A DNA stretch of 42,078 nucleotides, from assembly GCA_947177465.1 (NCBI GenBank), contig CAMWUP010000001.1, positions 1 through 42,078 on the forward strand, given 5' to 3'. Below the pieces are notes generated by a model. It ran no database searches. It was not told where the DNA came from and saw only the letters and a program-made list of their open reading frames with translations. Shown in pieces: positions 10,638 to 20,432 of this stretch; the first letter of the stretch is position 1; every line of letters starts with the position of its first letter. This DNA is from an uncultured Lachnospiraceae bacterium. Its GTDB lineage: Bacteria; Bacillota; Clostridia; Lachnospirales; Lachnospiraceae. Both the position numbers and the translations under genes were made by a program.

Positions 10638-11614
10638 CGGATAAATTAAAAATCGGCAGCGCTAAGCTGTCTTCTCCGGTCATACTGGCGCCTATGGCGG
10701 GTGTGACCGATTTGCCGTTCAGACTGCTCTGCAAGGAGCAGGGCGCAGGGCTTCTCTGCATGGAGATGGTGAGCGCAAAGGCAATTTATTACAACAGCAA
10801 AAATACGGAAGCGCTGATGGAAATCCGCGAGGAGGAGCGTCCGGTATCGCTCCAGTTGTTTGGTTCTGATGCGGATATTATGGCGGAAATGGCAAAGCGG
10901 ATAGAGGAGCGTCCTTTTGATATACTGGATATCAATATGGGCTGTCCGGTTCCCAAGGTGGTAAACAATGGAGAAGGCTCTGCACTGATGAAAAATCCTG
11001 CATTGGTGGAAGAAATTGTGCGCAAGGTGGCAGGAGCCATTAAAAAGCCGGTGACAGTCAAAATCAGAAAAGGCTTTGACGATGCGCACTGTAATGCGGT
11101 GGAAATTGCCAGGATTGCAGAGAGTGCGGGCGCGGCGGCAGTCGCTGTCCACGGCAGAACGAGGGAACAGTATTATACCGGAAGAGCCGATTGGGACTGC
11201 ATCCGTGCGGTGAAAGAGGCTGTGCGGATACCGGTGATTGGGAACGGTGACGTGGTGGATGCGGCTTCGGCGAAGGCACTTTTGGAAAAAACGGGATGCG
11301 ACGGCGTTATGGTGGGCAGAGGCGCACAGGGTAATCCGTGGATATTTCGTGAAATCACCATGTTTCTGGAAACGGGAAAGATTCCCCCGAAGCCGACATC
11401 TGCTGAGGTGCGTCGGGTTGTGGAACGCCACGCTGCGCTGCAGCTTGCCGTCAAAGGCGAGTATACAGGCGTCAGGGAAATGCGTAAGCATTTAGCATGG
11501 TACACGACAGGATATCCCAATTCAGCACGTTTCAGGCAGCAGATAAACAGTATGGAGTCTATGGATGACTTATTAAGAAGTCTTGACCAAATTTTTTTGG
11601 GAAAAGCTGATTGA
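10634..11614 (+). CDS. dusB: tRNA dihydrouridine synthase
   Basis: [32 protein letters not shown]. Confidence 0.95.
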   Translation: MTDKLKIGSAKLSSPVILAPMAGVTDLPFRLLCKEQGAGLLCMEMVSAKAIYYNSKNTEALMEIREEERPVSLQLFGSDADIMAEMAKRIEERPFDILDINMGCPVPKVVNNGEGSALMKNPALVEEIVRKVAGAIKKPVTVKIRKGFDDAHCNAVEIARIAESAGAAAVAVHGRTREQYYTGRADWDCIRAVKEAVRIPVIGNGDVVDAASAKALLEKTGCDGVMVGRGAQGNPWIFREITMFLETGKIPPKPTSAEVRRVVERHAALQLAVKGEYTGVREMRKHLAWYTTGYPNSARFRQQINSMESMDDLLRSLDQIFLGKAD

Positions 11615-11682
11615 ACCAAAACTTCCCTAGTATAAAGCGGCGGACGGCAGCATATCTTCAAAGAGAAGGACGAACCGGAGCA

Positions 11683-12402
11683 ATGGCCTTGGAAGAGATG
11701 ACTGTCGTTTATTTTGTGATGGACAAAGGGGGAACCGGCAAGAGAAAACGCCGCGGAAGCTGGCAGTACAGGATAGAAAGCAGAGAAAAATGCGGCAGAG
11801 ACGGCAGTGTCCGTCTATACAGGGTCTGTCTGCCGGTATACAGCTACAAGAAGAAGCCGTGGAAGGAAAAGGACAGAAGTGAGTATATTCGGGGAATCGA
11901 AGTGCCTTCAGAGGGAAGAAATGTCTGCTATTTTTATGATGAGGAAGCAAAGGTATTTCTCGGCAGGAAAGAAGAGCCGCTGTCATTGGAAGGCCTGCTT
12001 TTTTTGATATGGTACAGGCAGATTGTATTTGATTCTCTTATTATTTTGCAGGACAGAGAATTGGAAACGGAAGAGCTTCTGGAAAAATATGTACGGGATA
12101 CCCGTTATATCGGCGTTGTCACAAGCAGCGGGGAAGCGCTTTCGGAAGCAAAAGAGGAGCTCTTGGAGGAATACGGTTTTTTGCTGGATATTTCCACCGA
12201 CTTTACCGGACTGCACATACCGGCAAAGGGAAGTGTGCTGATTGTGGCGGGAGAGGAACTGTATGGGCTTACACCGCTGCAGCTTCCCGGGGGCGCTGTA
12301 TTTGTCAGCACAGTGGTGTCGGGGGCGGCAAAAAGGCTGTGCGCAAGAGCAAAGGAAGTCCGCTATGCTGATATGAAGTGCATTTTGCAGGATGTCTTGT
12401 AA
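11683..12402 (+). CDS. Hypothetical protein
   Basis: Co-oriented ORF filling the dusB-greA gap; no motif recognised; start uncertain. Confidence 0.6.
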   Translation: MALEEMTVVYFVMDKGGTGKRKRRGSWQYRIESREKCGRDGSVRLYRVCLPVYSYKKKPWKEKDRSEYIRGIEVPSEGRNVCYFYDEEAKVFLGRKEEPLSLEGLLFLIWYRQIVFDSLIILQDRELETEELLEKYVRDTRYIGVVTSSGEALSEAKEELLEEYGFLLDISTDFTGLHIPAKGSVLIVAGEELYGLTPLQLPGGAVFVSTVVSGAAKRLCARAKEVRYADMKCILQDVL

Positions 12403-12419
12403 GACAAGAAGCAATTATC

Positions 12420-12448
12420 TTGACACCCTGTTTAAAATTCAGTATAAT
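12420..12448 (+). promoter_or_regulatory. Consensus sigma-A promoter for greA-lysS
   Basis: TTGACA-17 bp-TATAAT exact match. Confidence 0.85.
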
Positions 12449-12538
12449 ACGGAAGATAATCTAGGTATCGTCAGTCGTTTGACCAAAGATAACCGGATAT
12501 TAAAAGGAAAAATTGTGTATAAAAGGAAGGCGCATACC

Positions 12539-13021
12539 ATGGAATCAAAGAAAAATATTTTAACCTATGAAGGCTTGAGAAAATATGAGGATGAGCTGCA
12601 TGAACTGAAGGTTGTCAAACGTCAGGAGGTTGCGCAGAAAATCAAGGAAGCCAGGGAGCAGGGCGACTTGTCGGAGAATGCGGAATATGATGCGGCAAAG
12701 GATGAGCAGCGCGATATAGAGGCTCGTATTGAGGAACTGGAGAAAATCCTGAAAAACGCGGAAGTAATTGTGGAAGACGAGGTAGATTTGGACAAAATCA
12801 ACATTGGCTGCCGTGTAAAGATTTTGGATTTGGAGTATAGTGACGAGCTGGAGTATAAAATTGTAGGCTCCACAGAAGCAAACAGCTTAAAGGGCAAGAT
12901 TTCCAACGAAAGCCCTGTGGGAAAGGCGCTGATTGGCGCAAAGCTTGGCGATGTTGTGGAGGTAGAGACACAGGCAGGCATTTTAAAGTACAAGGTACTG
13001 GAAATCCAGCGCTCTAACTAA
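12539..13021 (+). CDS. greA: Transcription elongation factor GreA
   Basis: [26 protein letters not shown]. Confidence 0.97.
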   Translation: MESKKNILTYEGLRKYEDELHELKVVKRQEVAQKIKEAREQGDLSENAEYDAAKDEQRDIEARIEELEKILKNAEVIVEDEVDLDKINIGCRVKILDLEYSDELEYKIVGSTEANSLKGKISNESPVGKALIGAKLGDVVEVETQAGILKYKVLEIQRSN

Positions 13022-13089
13022 AAGCATTTTCAACCGTAGTGTCAGGAGCGTTCATTGGGAAAGCCTGACAGGAAAGGCGTGGTATAAAA

Positions 13090-14613
13090 GTGGCAGATAC
13101 ACAGAACAGAGAAAATCAGAATAACGAGGCGGACAGCCGCCGACAGGAGCAGGACATTAACCAGCTTTTAAAGGTAAGGCGGGAAAAGCTTGCGGCACTG
13201 CAGGAGGCGGGCAAGGACCCGTTCCTTATTACAAAATATGACGTAACCCATCATAGTATGGATATTAAGAATCATTTTGAAGAGCTGGAAGGCAAAACAG
13301 TCAGCATAGCCGGACGTATCATGCAAAAGCGTGTTATGGGAAAGGCTTCCTTCTGCAATGTACAGGACTTGCAGGGCAACATCCAGTCCTATGTGGCAAG
13401 GGACAGCATAGGGGAAGAGCCTTATGCAGATTTCAAAAAGTATGATGTGGGTGATATCGTGGGCATCACGGGTGAGGTGTTTAAGACCAAAACCGGTGAG
13501 ATTTCCGTTCACGCGGCAAAAGTGCTGCTGATGGGAAAGAGTCTGCAGATTCTGCCGGAAAAGTTCCACGGACTGACCAACACGGACATCCGTTACAGAC
13601 AGCGTTACACCGACTTGATTATGAATCCTGATGTGAAGGATACTTTTATCAAGCGCAGTAAAATTATCAGCACGATTCGCCGCTATTTGGACGACCAGGG
13701 CTTTATGGAGGTAGAAACGCCGATGCTGGTCTCCAATGCAGGAGGTGCGGCGGCAAGACCCTTTCAGACGCATTACAATGCGCTGGACGAGGATGTGAAG
13801 CTTCGTATCTCATTGGAGTTACCCTTGAAGAGGCTGATTGTAGGCGGAATGGAGCGGGTTTACGAGATTGGGCGCGTTTTCAGAAACGAAGGACTGGATA
13901 CCCGCCACAATCCTGAATTTACGCTGATGGAGCTGTATCAGGCGTATACGGACTATCAGGGTATGATGGATTTAACCGAGAATATGTTCCGCTATGTGGC
14001 GCAGGAGGTGTGCGGCACTACCACGGTTCCTTACGCGGAGGAAATGATTGATTTAGGCAGACCGTTTGAAAGGCTTACCATGGTGGAAGCGGTTAGGAAA
14101 TATGCAGGCGTTGATTTTGACGCGATTGCGGACACGGAAGCGGCAAAGAAAATTGCGGACGAAAAAGGCGTTCATTACGAAGCACGCCATAAAAAGGGCG
14201 ATATTTTGAATCTCTTTTTTGAGGAGTTTGTAGAGGAGCATTTGGTTCAGCCTACCTTTGTGATGGACCATCCGGTAGAGATTTCTCCGCTCACCAAGAG
14301 GAAGCCGGACAAGCCGGACTATGTGGAGCGTTTTGAGCTCTTTATCTACGGCAGGGAAATGTGCAACGCCTACTCCGAGCTGAACGACCCCATCGACCAG
14401 AGGGAGCGTTTCAAAGCGCAGGAAGCGGCTCTCGCCGCAGGCGATGAGGAAGCCAACACCACGGACGAGGATTTCATGAACGCCCTCGAAATCGGTATGC
14501 CACCCACCGGCGGCATCGGCTATGGTATCGACAGACTGGTTATGCTGCTCACTAATTCACCGGCTATCAGGGATGTGCTGTTGTTCCCCACGATGAAGTC
14601 ACTTGATAAATAA
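13090..14613 (+). CDS. lysS: Lysine--tRNA ligase (class II)
   Basis: [31 protein letters not shown]. Confidence 0.98.
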   Translation: MADTQNRENQNNEADSRRQEQDINQLLKVRREKLAALQEAGKDPFLITKYDVTHHSMDIKNHFEELEGKTVSIAGRIMQKRVMGKASFCNVQDLQGNIQSYVARDSIGEEPYADFKKYDVGDIVGITGEVFKTKTGEISVHAAKVLLMGKSLQILPEKFHGLTNTDIRYRQRYTDLIMNPDVKDTFIKRSKIISTIRRYLDDQGFMEVETPMLVSNAGGAAARPFQTHYNALDEDVKLRISLELPLKRLIVGGMERVYEIGRVFRNEGLDTRHNPEFTLMELYQAYTDYQGMMDLTENMFRYVAQEVCGTTTVPYAEEMIDLGRPFERLTMVEAVRKYAGVDFDAIADTEAAKKIADEKGVHYEARHKKGDILNLFFEEFVEEHLVQPTFVMDHPVEISPLTKRKPDKPDYVERFELFIYGREMCNAYSELNDPIDQRERFKAQEAALAAGDEEANTTDEDFMNALEIGMPPTGGIGYGIDRLVMLLTNSPAIRDVLLFPTMKSLDK

Positions 14614-14621
14614 TTTCATTT

Positions 14622-14660
14622 AAGACCTTGAGAGGACAACACCTTTCAAGGTCTTTTTTT
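14622..14660 (+). terminator. lysS intrinsic terminator
   Basis: AAGACCTTGAGAGG/CCTTTCAAGGTCTT stem plus T run. Confidence 0.85.
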
Positions 14661-14792
14661 GCGTTGTACGATGTATCCGGTCGCAAACTACAAGTTCTCC
14701 CTGATTTCCAATATAATATAATTGCAAAAGAGGTCAAGGATTTATTATGAATAGTTAAGGCTCGTTCAAAGGGCGAGAACTGCCCTATATGC

Positions 14793-14912
14793 TTAGAAAC
14801 CGGGGTTATCCGGCGTGTGCATTACCGGGTAGTTAATGTTGGTATCCTCTATGCGAATCCAGCCCGCTAAATCTCTGTTCTGCGGGTACAGCTCGGCAAA
14901 CTCCGGCAGCAA
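14793..14912 (-). pseudogene. Internal fragment of a class B sortase
   Basis: Reads LLPEFAELYPQNRDLAGWIRIEDTNINYPVMHTPDNPGF*, matching SrtB N.D..GWI.I..T.INYPV; no start codon or catalytic C-terminus. Confidence 0.7.
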
Positions 14913-14936
14913 GCGAGCGTTTCTATATCTTTGATT

Positions 14937-16148
14937 TTAATATTCAGAGCTGAGCAGGAAATCCGCTATGTGCATTGTCTTAATGCCCTCATAGTTTCCG
15001 CCTGCAAATTCATCTGCCCTGAGTACATATTTGGGATAATTGTCGTGTATTTCAAGCAAACGGTTGTATTCCCGTTTTCCGGTCTTTTCGGAGTTTATCT
15101 CCTGCGTAACCTGAACATAAATCTTTTCATTTTGTCTCGTTGCTACAAAGTCGATTTCTCCGTCATTTGTTTTGCCGATATGAACGGTGTATCTTCTGCG
15201 GCAAAGCTCCAAGTACACAATGTTTTCAAAGCTTGCGGCAACGCTGTCGGCATTATAGCCGAGAACGCTATACCGCAGAGCGTTATCTGCAAGATAAAAC
15301 TTCTCCTGAGTTTTCAGAATTTCTTTACCCTGCAAATCGTACCGTGAACAGCGATGGAGCAGATACGCTTTTTCCAATTTTTCGAGATAGCTATACACCG
15401 TCTCGTTATCCAATGTCCTGTGCTCCGATTTCAGGTAATCCGAAATCGACTTTGCGGAAAATGTGTTGCCGACATTTTGGAAGGTGTATTTGACTACCCG
15501 CTCCAACTGGTCTATTTTCCTGACTTGATTCCGTTTCACAATGTCGGAGAAAATGGTTGAGTTATAAATATCACGGACAATCGTGTAAATCTCATCCTGC
15601 GAATACTTTTGCAAATGCGTTGCAGGGAAACCGCCCAACCGAACATAATCTGCAAGTTCCGTTCTCGGATTGCCAACCGTATCATATTTTTCCTTAAACA
15701 TCAGATATTCTGAAAAGGACAGGGTAAAGATACGGAAAGCAATATATCTTCCGGTCAAGTAAGTGGAAATTTCTGAGGACATCATACGGGAATTAGAACC
15801 CGTCACATACAAGTCCACATCAAAATCTGAAACCAAAGAGTTTACAACCTTTTCCCATCCCTTGATTTCCTGAATCTCATCAAGAAACAGATAGGTTTTT
15901 CCGTCAGGTGAAAGCCGCTCTTTCAGGTGAGCGTACATCTGCTTTGCTGTCATATCCTCGTATTCCATCGAATCATAGCGGCAGCTTACAATACGGTCTG
16001 CGGGAATGTTCCACTCCGTTTGCAGCTTTTCCATAATCATTTTGAGTATCGTAGACTTTCCGCAACGGCGAACTCCGGTCAGTACCTTTACAAAGGGAGT
16101 GTCTACATAAGTCATTATCTTATCTACATACATAGGTCTGTAAATCAT
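14937..16148 (-). CDS. AAA+ ATPase (AAA_14 plus DUF4143 type)
   Basis: GVRRCGKS Walker A, FLDEIQ Walker B, TGSNS, GGFP, EIDFV..YVQV C-terminus; GAGGTGG RBS. Confidence 0.9.
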   Translation of the reverse strand: MIYRPMYVDKIMTYVDTPFVKVLTGVRRCGKSTILKMIMEKLQTEWNIPADRIVSCRYDSMEYEDMTAKQMYAHLKERLSPDGKTYLFLDEIQEIKGWEKVVNSLVSDFDVDLYVTGSNSRMMSSEISTYLTGRYIAFRIFTLSFSEYLMFKEKYDTVGNPRTELADYVRLGGFPATHLQKYSQDEIYTIVRDIYNSTIFSDIVKRNQVRKIDQLERVVKYTFQNVGNTFSAKSISDYLKSEHRTLDNETVYSYLEKLEKAYLLHRCSRYDLQGKEILKTQEKFYLADNALRYSVLGYNADSVAASFENIVYLELCRRRYTVHIGKTNDGEIDFVATRQNEKIYVQVTQEINSEKTGKREYNRLLEIHDNYPKYVLRADEFAGGNYEGIKTMHIADFLLSSEY

Positions 16149-16172
16149 GATGACCACCTCCGTCTGTAAAGT

Positions 16173-16227
16173 AGTATATCGCAAAATTCACAAAAAATCA
16201 ATTGACTTTGCGGTTACAAACCGCAAA
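16173..16227 (-). promoter_or_regulatory. Promoter and upstream palindrome for the AAA ATPase gene
   Basis: Minus strand TTGATT-17-TATACT (16201-16173); TTTGCGGT-N5-ACCGCAAA at 16207-16227. Confidence 0.5.
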
Positions 16228-16335
16228 ACTTTGTGCTCTTCGGGAACTTATTTGCAAATGGTACAAGGCTTGAACCTACCTGAATTAACCCGTGGTTTAC
16301 TCAAATACCTTTTTGCTTCATTTGTTTGATTTTGA

Positions 16336-16364
16336 TTGAAAGACGAAATGTTTTATAGTATGAT
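16336..16364 (+). promoter_or_regulatory. Sigma-A-like promoter for the small-gene array
   Basis: TTGAAA-17 bp-TATGAT. Confidence 0.45.
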
Positions 16365-16412
16365 TAATTATCTGATTTGTGAAACCGAATAACAGATACT
16401 CATAGGGTGGAA

Positions 16413-16574
16413 ATGATGGTAAGAAATAATATCAAAGTTGATGTAAAAGTAAAATGTATTGAAAGCAGAACGACACAAAAGCAGGATGGTGTTGTGAACC
16501 ACACTTTTGTACGGGTTATGGAAGCTTTGGGATACGACATTGAGTTGCATTATGTGAAGAGGGAGGATTCCTGA
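16413..16574 (+). pseudogene. 53-aa small XRE-like regulator, apparently internally deleted
   Basis: MMVRNNIKVDVKVKCIESRTTQKQDGVVNHTFVRVMEALGYDIELHYVKREDS; below the ORF-track cutoff; HTH core seems missing after TTQ. Confidence 0.55.
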
Positions 16575-16577
16575 TAG

Positions 16578-17045
16578 GTGGATCTGAGGTATTTGAGATT
16601 AGATGAGAATGAGCTGTTAAAGGATTTTCTGTATGAGGCGATATTCATTCCGGAAGGTGTGGAACCGCCTGCAAGAGAAATCATAGAGCAGCCGGAACTG
16701 AAACTTTATTATGAAGAGTTTGGAACTGGCAAGGCGGACTATTGTATTGTTGCGGATGATGATGGAAAAGTGATTGGTGCTGTCTGGACAAGGATCATGA
16801 ATGATTACGGTCATGTGGATGATGAAACGCCGTCATTCGCCATATCGCTTTACAAGGAATATCGGGGACAGGGCATTGGAACAAAGTTAATGGAACAGAT
16901 GTTGGCTCTTCTGAAAGAAAAAGGTTATAAGAGGGCGTCACTGGCGGTACAGAAAGCCAACTACGCTGTAAAGATGTATAAGAATGTCGGGTTCAAGACT
17001 GTAGATGAAAATGACGAAGAATATATTATGATGTGTGAATTATGA
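16578..17045 (+). CDS. GNAT N-acetyltransferase
   Basis: EYRGQGIGT acetyl-CoA motif, N.A..MY..VGF. Confidence 0.92.
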   Translation: MDLRYLRLDENELLKDFLYEAIFIPEGVEPPAREIIEQPELKLYYEEFGTGKADYCIVADDDGKVIGAVWTRIMNDYGHVDDETPSFAISLYKEYRGQGIGTKLMEQMLALLKEKGYKRASLAVQKANYAVKMYKNVGFKTVDENDEEYIMMCEL

Positions 17046-17284
17046 GCAATGTTTTGATTGAGAATATAGAAAAAGTACATACCACGGAGATGGGAGTCGA
17101 CCGGATCAGGAAGAATCTTGGTCTGGGCGATATTGATGTTGTAGCGTGGTGTCAGACAAAGATCCGGGATAAAGAAGCTGCTATAACCAGACAGGGGAAG
17201 AACTGGTATGTCAGGATAGATGGCTGTGAGATTACGGTGAACGCAAACAGTTATACGATTATCACGGCTCACAAGAATAAATAG
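17042..17284 (+). CDS. DUF3781-like small protein
   Basis: HTTEMG..RI.KNL, GKNWY, ITVNA.SYTIITAH. Confidence 0.75.
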   Translation: MSNVLIENIEKVHTTEMGVDRIRKNLGLGDIDVVAWCQTKIRDKEAAITRQGKNWYVRIDGCEITVNANSYTIITAHKNK

Positions 17285-17495
17285 AATCCATGGGAACGGA
17301 TCAGTCTGAATGATTATGAAAATCATATGAGTCTTGATTCGGTAAATCAACTCCAAACGCTGAATTCAATCATGAAGAGGCAGTTTGAAACTTATCCTGT
17401 CGAATCAGTCATTATTCTTGGAATCGCTGGTGGGAATGGTTTAGAACATATTAGAAAAGAGAAATACAGGAAGGTGTATGGCTTAAATATAAATG
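17285..17495 (+). pseudogene. N-terminal fragment of a class I SAM methyltransferase
   Basis: NPWERISLNDYENHM...ILGIAGGNGLEHI..VYGLNIN (motif I) then breaks off; right boundary approximate. Confidence 0.55.
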
Positions 17496-17569
17496 TGGAA
17501 CCAAATGGAAAGGCGTTGGTGAGGCTGGATTTTGAGTATAGAGAAAGTAAAAGTATGGGAGGCAATGCG

Positions 17570-18019
17570 GTGATAAGCTACCAAAGACTTACAGAAAATG
17601 AATTGGATACATTTATTCAGATGCGCATCCGCCAACTCCGTGAGGAAGGAGCAAAGGAGGATATTGACCTTGTTCCAGCGTTGCAGGATTATTATAAGCG
17701 ACATATGGCCGAGGGCACATTTGTATCTTGGCTGGCAATGGACGGAGAGAAGATAGTTGGTACCAGTGGGATGTCATTTGTGGAAAAACCGCCTTATTTT
17801 GGATGCCCAAGTGGAAAAATGGGGCTTCTGTCAAGTATGTTCACTGATTCGGAATATCGCCGCAGGGGGATAGCAAAGGAACTGCTTTCAAGGGTAGTTG
17901 ATGAAGCGAAAGCCTATGGGTGCGGTACAGTTCAGATCACAGCATCTGATATGGGCGTTCTTCTGTATACGGATTTTGGTTTCGTAAAGAACGGTAATTT
18001 TATGCAGTATAAGCTTTAA
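17570..18019 (+). CDS. GNAT N-acetyltransferase
   Basis: Own GGAGG RBS and GTG; EYRRRGIA motif; LYTDFGF. Confidence 0.85.
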   Translation: MISYQRLTENELDTFIQMRIRQLREEGAKEDIDLVPALQDYYKRHMAEGTFVSWLAMDGEKIVGTSGMSFVEKPPYFGCPSGKMGLLSSMFTDSEYRRRGIAKELLSRVVDEAKAYGCGTVQITASDMGVLLYTDFGFVKNGNFMQYKL

Positions 18020-18133
18020 CGAGGTAAAGTCGTATATTGGTAATTGTACAAGCGGACTTGCGCAAATGAAAGGGGTAACTTATGTTGAACAATAGCAATG
18101 AATATAAAGAGGCGCTTAAGGAGGCGGTAAATA

Positions 18134-19216
18134 ATGAAATATTTAGATATAAGAAATCAAAAAATAATAGCTGCTGTTATAGAAAAAGCAAATAGAGTAT
18201 GTCCGGATTCCCTTGCTCTGATTGGAATATATGGTTCTTTTGCAACAGAGGATTTTCATGAAAAGTCGGATTTAGATTTGCTTATTTTGATTAACGATGA
18301 AAAAGGCTGGCAATTAGGTTGTGCTTTTATACAAGATGATTTAGAAGTTGGTCATGATATTTATTGTACTACATGGGAAGAATTGCAGAAGGACTCTCTT
18401 TACCATAATCCCAATATTTCAAAACTTATGGATTCTAAAATTGTATATTGTACAGACGAGAAATACCTGAAGAAATTAGAATCATTGCGGAAAAAAGTAA
18501 ATGATAATTTAGCGTCGCCTTTTTCAAGAAAAGATTATATTAAGGCAGAAAATATGATGAAAGAGGCAGAACATTGTTATTTGTTGGCAATGATTACAGA
18601 AGATATGACTGATCTTTGGGTACAGTCAGGATATGCTGTTTATTATATTGAAAATGCAATTGCAATGCTCAACAAAAAGTATTTTCGCTATGGAACGAAG
18701 CGCATTTATGAAGAGCTGGAGTTAATGGAAAGTAAGCCTCAAAAACTTTGTGAAATGATAGAGAGTGTGCTATCTGCAAATTCTGCTGAACAGGTTAAAA
18801 AACATTTAACTGTGCTGATACAAGAAACCTTGCGTGTGTTCAAAAAAGTAGAGACAACAATTTTTGTTCAGAAGAAACCTGCAATGGCTGATTCCATCAG
18901 CGGCACTTACGAGGAAATGTTTTCAAATTGGCGAAACAAAATGTTTGTTGCAGCCGATAAGGATAATAGACATCTTGCGTTTATGAGTATGATTAGCTTG
19001 AATGCAATGATTTCTGATGTGGGCGATGAAGTAGAAATTGCCGATTATGACGTATTTGGTGGTTATAATTCACAAAATTTGGAAAAAACAGCTCAGGCGT
19101 GTGATGATTTATTAAAAGAATATTTGAAAGAATATGAAAAAGTAAATCTACAAGTGAAGCGATATCAAGACATAGATGCGTTTATCAGACAGTATTTAGG
19201 CGAGGTAGAAATTTAG
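18134..19216 (+). CDS. Pol-beta superfamily nucleotidyltransferase with helical C-terminal domain
   Basis: IGIYGSFA....KSDLDLLI (GS..DxD) motif. Confidence 0.8.
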   Translation: MKYLDIRNQKIIAAVIEKANRVCPDSLALIGIYGSFATEDFHEKSDLDLLILINDEKGWQLGCAFIQDDLEVGHDIYCTTWEELQKDSLYHNPNISKLMDSKIVYCTDEKYLKKLESLRKKVNDNLASPFSRKDYIKAENMMKEAEHCYLLAMITEDMTDLWVQSGYAVYYIENAIAMLNKKYFRYGTKRIYEELELMESKPQKLCEMIESVLSANSAEQVKKHLTVLIQETLRVFKKVETTIFVQKKPAMADSISGTYEEMFSNWRNKMFVAADKDNRHLAFMSMISLNAMISDVGDEVEIADYDVFGGYNSQNLEKTAQACDDLLKEYLKEYEKVNLQVKRYQDIDAFIRQYLGEVEI

Positions 19217-19243
19217 GGAAACGCTGATTAAAGCGTTTCCTTA
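19214..19243. terminator. Hairpin, possible terminator
   Basis: TAGGGAAACGCT/AGCGTTTCCTTA stem at the gene stop. Confidence 0.5.
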
Positions 19244-19494
19244 GAATTGGTTTTACCAGAATAGCACGAGAAGAATGCATGAGAAAATATAATTTATCAG
19301 CAGAAAGTAGAAAGCGAATTGTTTACAAAAAAGAATGAAAGCCGGTAAGGATTTAGGAAGGGGAGAAGTCTTTATCTATCTGCCCGGGGAAATGTTCTTC
19401 AATCTGCTCCTCAATGCGGAAAGCCTTATCTAAGGGGCGGTAAATGATAAACATTGCCAGAAACAGTATATACCAGACGCCCAAAACCGGTACA

Positions 19495-20376
19495 AATCAG
19501 TCGGCACTGTACGGCACCTCATGGGAACTGCCTATTATCCTGCCCGTCACAAACGAGGCCGGCACGATAACGAAATATTTCTTCTCCATCTCTCCGGCTC
19601 CAGCCAGCATTGCCGATAATAAAGTATATTACTGGGTGGGAGATTTCGATTTGGAGACCGGAAAATTTACGCCGGACGAGGGTTTTGAGGGAGAACCGCA
19701 TATGTTGGATTACGGCGCTAATGTGTTTACTGGTCCCAGTTGTCTTGTGGACCCCGTCAGCGGCAATATCTATATGTTCAGTATTATGCAGGACCAGCGT
19801 GGAGCGGCAGAGCAGGGTGCTTCGGGATGGGCGCATACGGCAGGCATCGCCAGAAGAATCTGGCTGAATGATGAAGGAACCGACCTTATGATGGCGCCTA
19901 TTGAGGCGCTGCACAGCCTTGAGAAAGAGGTTCTCATCAATGAGACAAATCTTACCCTTGAAGCTGCAAACAGCCTGCTTGCAAATATTGATGAAGATAT
20001 GCTGTATATTAAGCTTACTGTAGATATAAGCGAGGCGGCGGAGTTTGGCATCAGTCTGAAGCAGGGAGGCAAATGGGATGCCACCACCTACACCTATAAT
20101 GTAGCCGGCGAAACAATACAAGGGCGTACGGAGAACAAGGGCGAAGGCGCCGGTGTCAGCACTGTCAGCGGTGCTTTGCCGAATGAGGATGGCACAATTT
20201 CTATAGAGATATATGTTGACCGTTCGCTGGTTGAGGCGTTTTTTAATGATTACAAGGCAATCAGTATCCGCGCTTATACTGATGACCCCGATTCCCACGC
20301 GATGAATCTGTTTACAGAGGGAAATGTGACGATAGAGAGTCTCTATGTGGCAGTTATGGGGTCTATTTATGAATAA
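19495..20376 (+). pseudogene. 5'-truncated GH32 (beta-fructosidase/fructanase) C-terminal part
   Basis: WELP variant of the EC motif, DYG, IYVDRSLVEAF beta-sandwich; NDPN and RDP motifs absent; left boundary approximate. Confidence 0.75.
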
Positions 20377-20388
20377 AACAAGTTTATT

Positions 20389-20419
20389 GCCTGATGGGAC
20401 GGAAACGGTTCCATCGGGC
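20389..20419. other. Intergenic hairpin between the GH32 genes
   Basis: GCCTGATGGGAC/GTTCCATCGGGC stem, no T tail. Confidence 0.45.
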
Positions 20420-20432
20420 TCTGGAGGTAAAA

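Noticed and set aside
17282-17284. In-frame TAG as pyrrolysine or programmed readthrough
   Set aside because: No pyl genes in the window and the downstream domain is truncated; decay is the simpler explanation
18082-18133. RBS plus ATG (MLNNSNEY...) as a gene remnant
   Set aside because: Too short to assign a family with any confidence
14500-19500. Intact ICE, prophage or integron at lysS
   Set aside because: No integrase, relaxase, T4SS or phage genes; no att duplication or attC-like repeats seen
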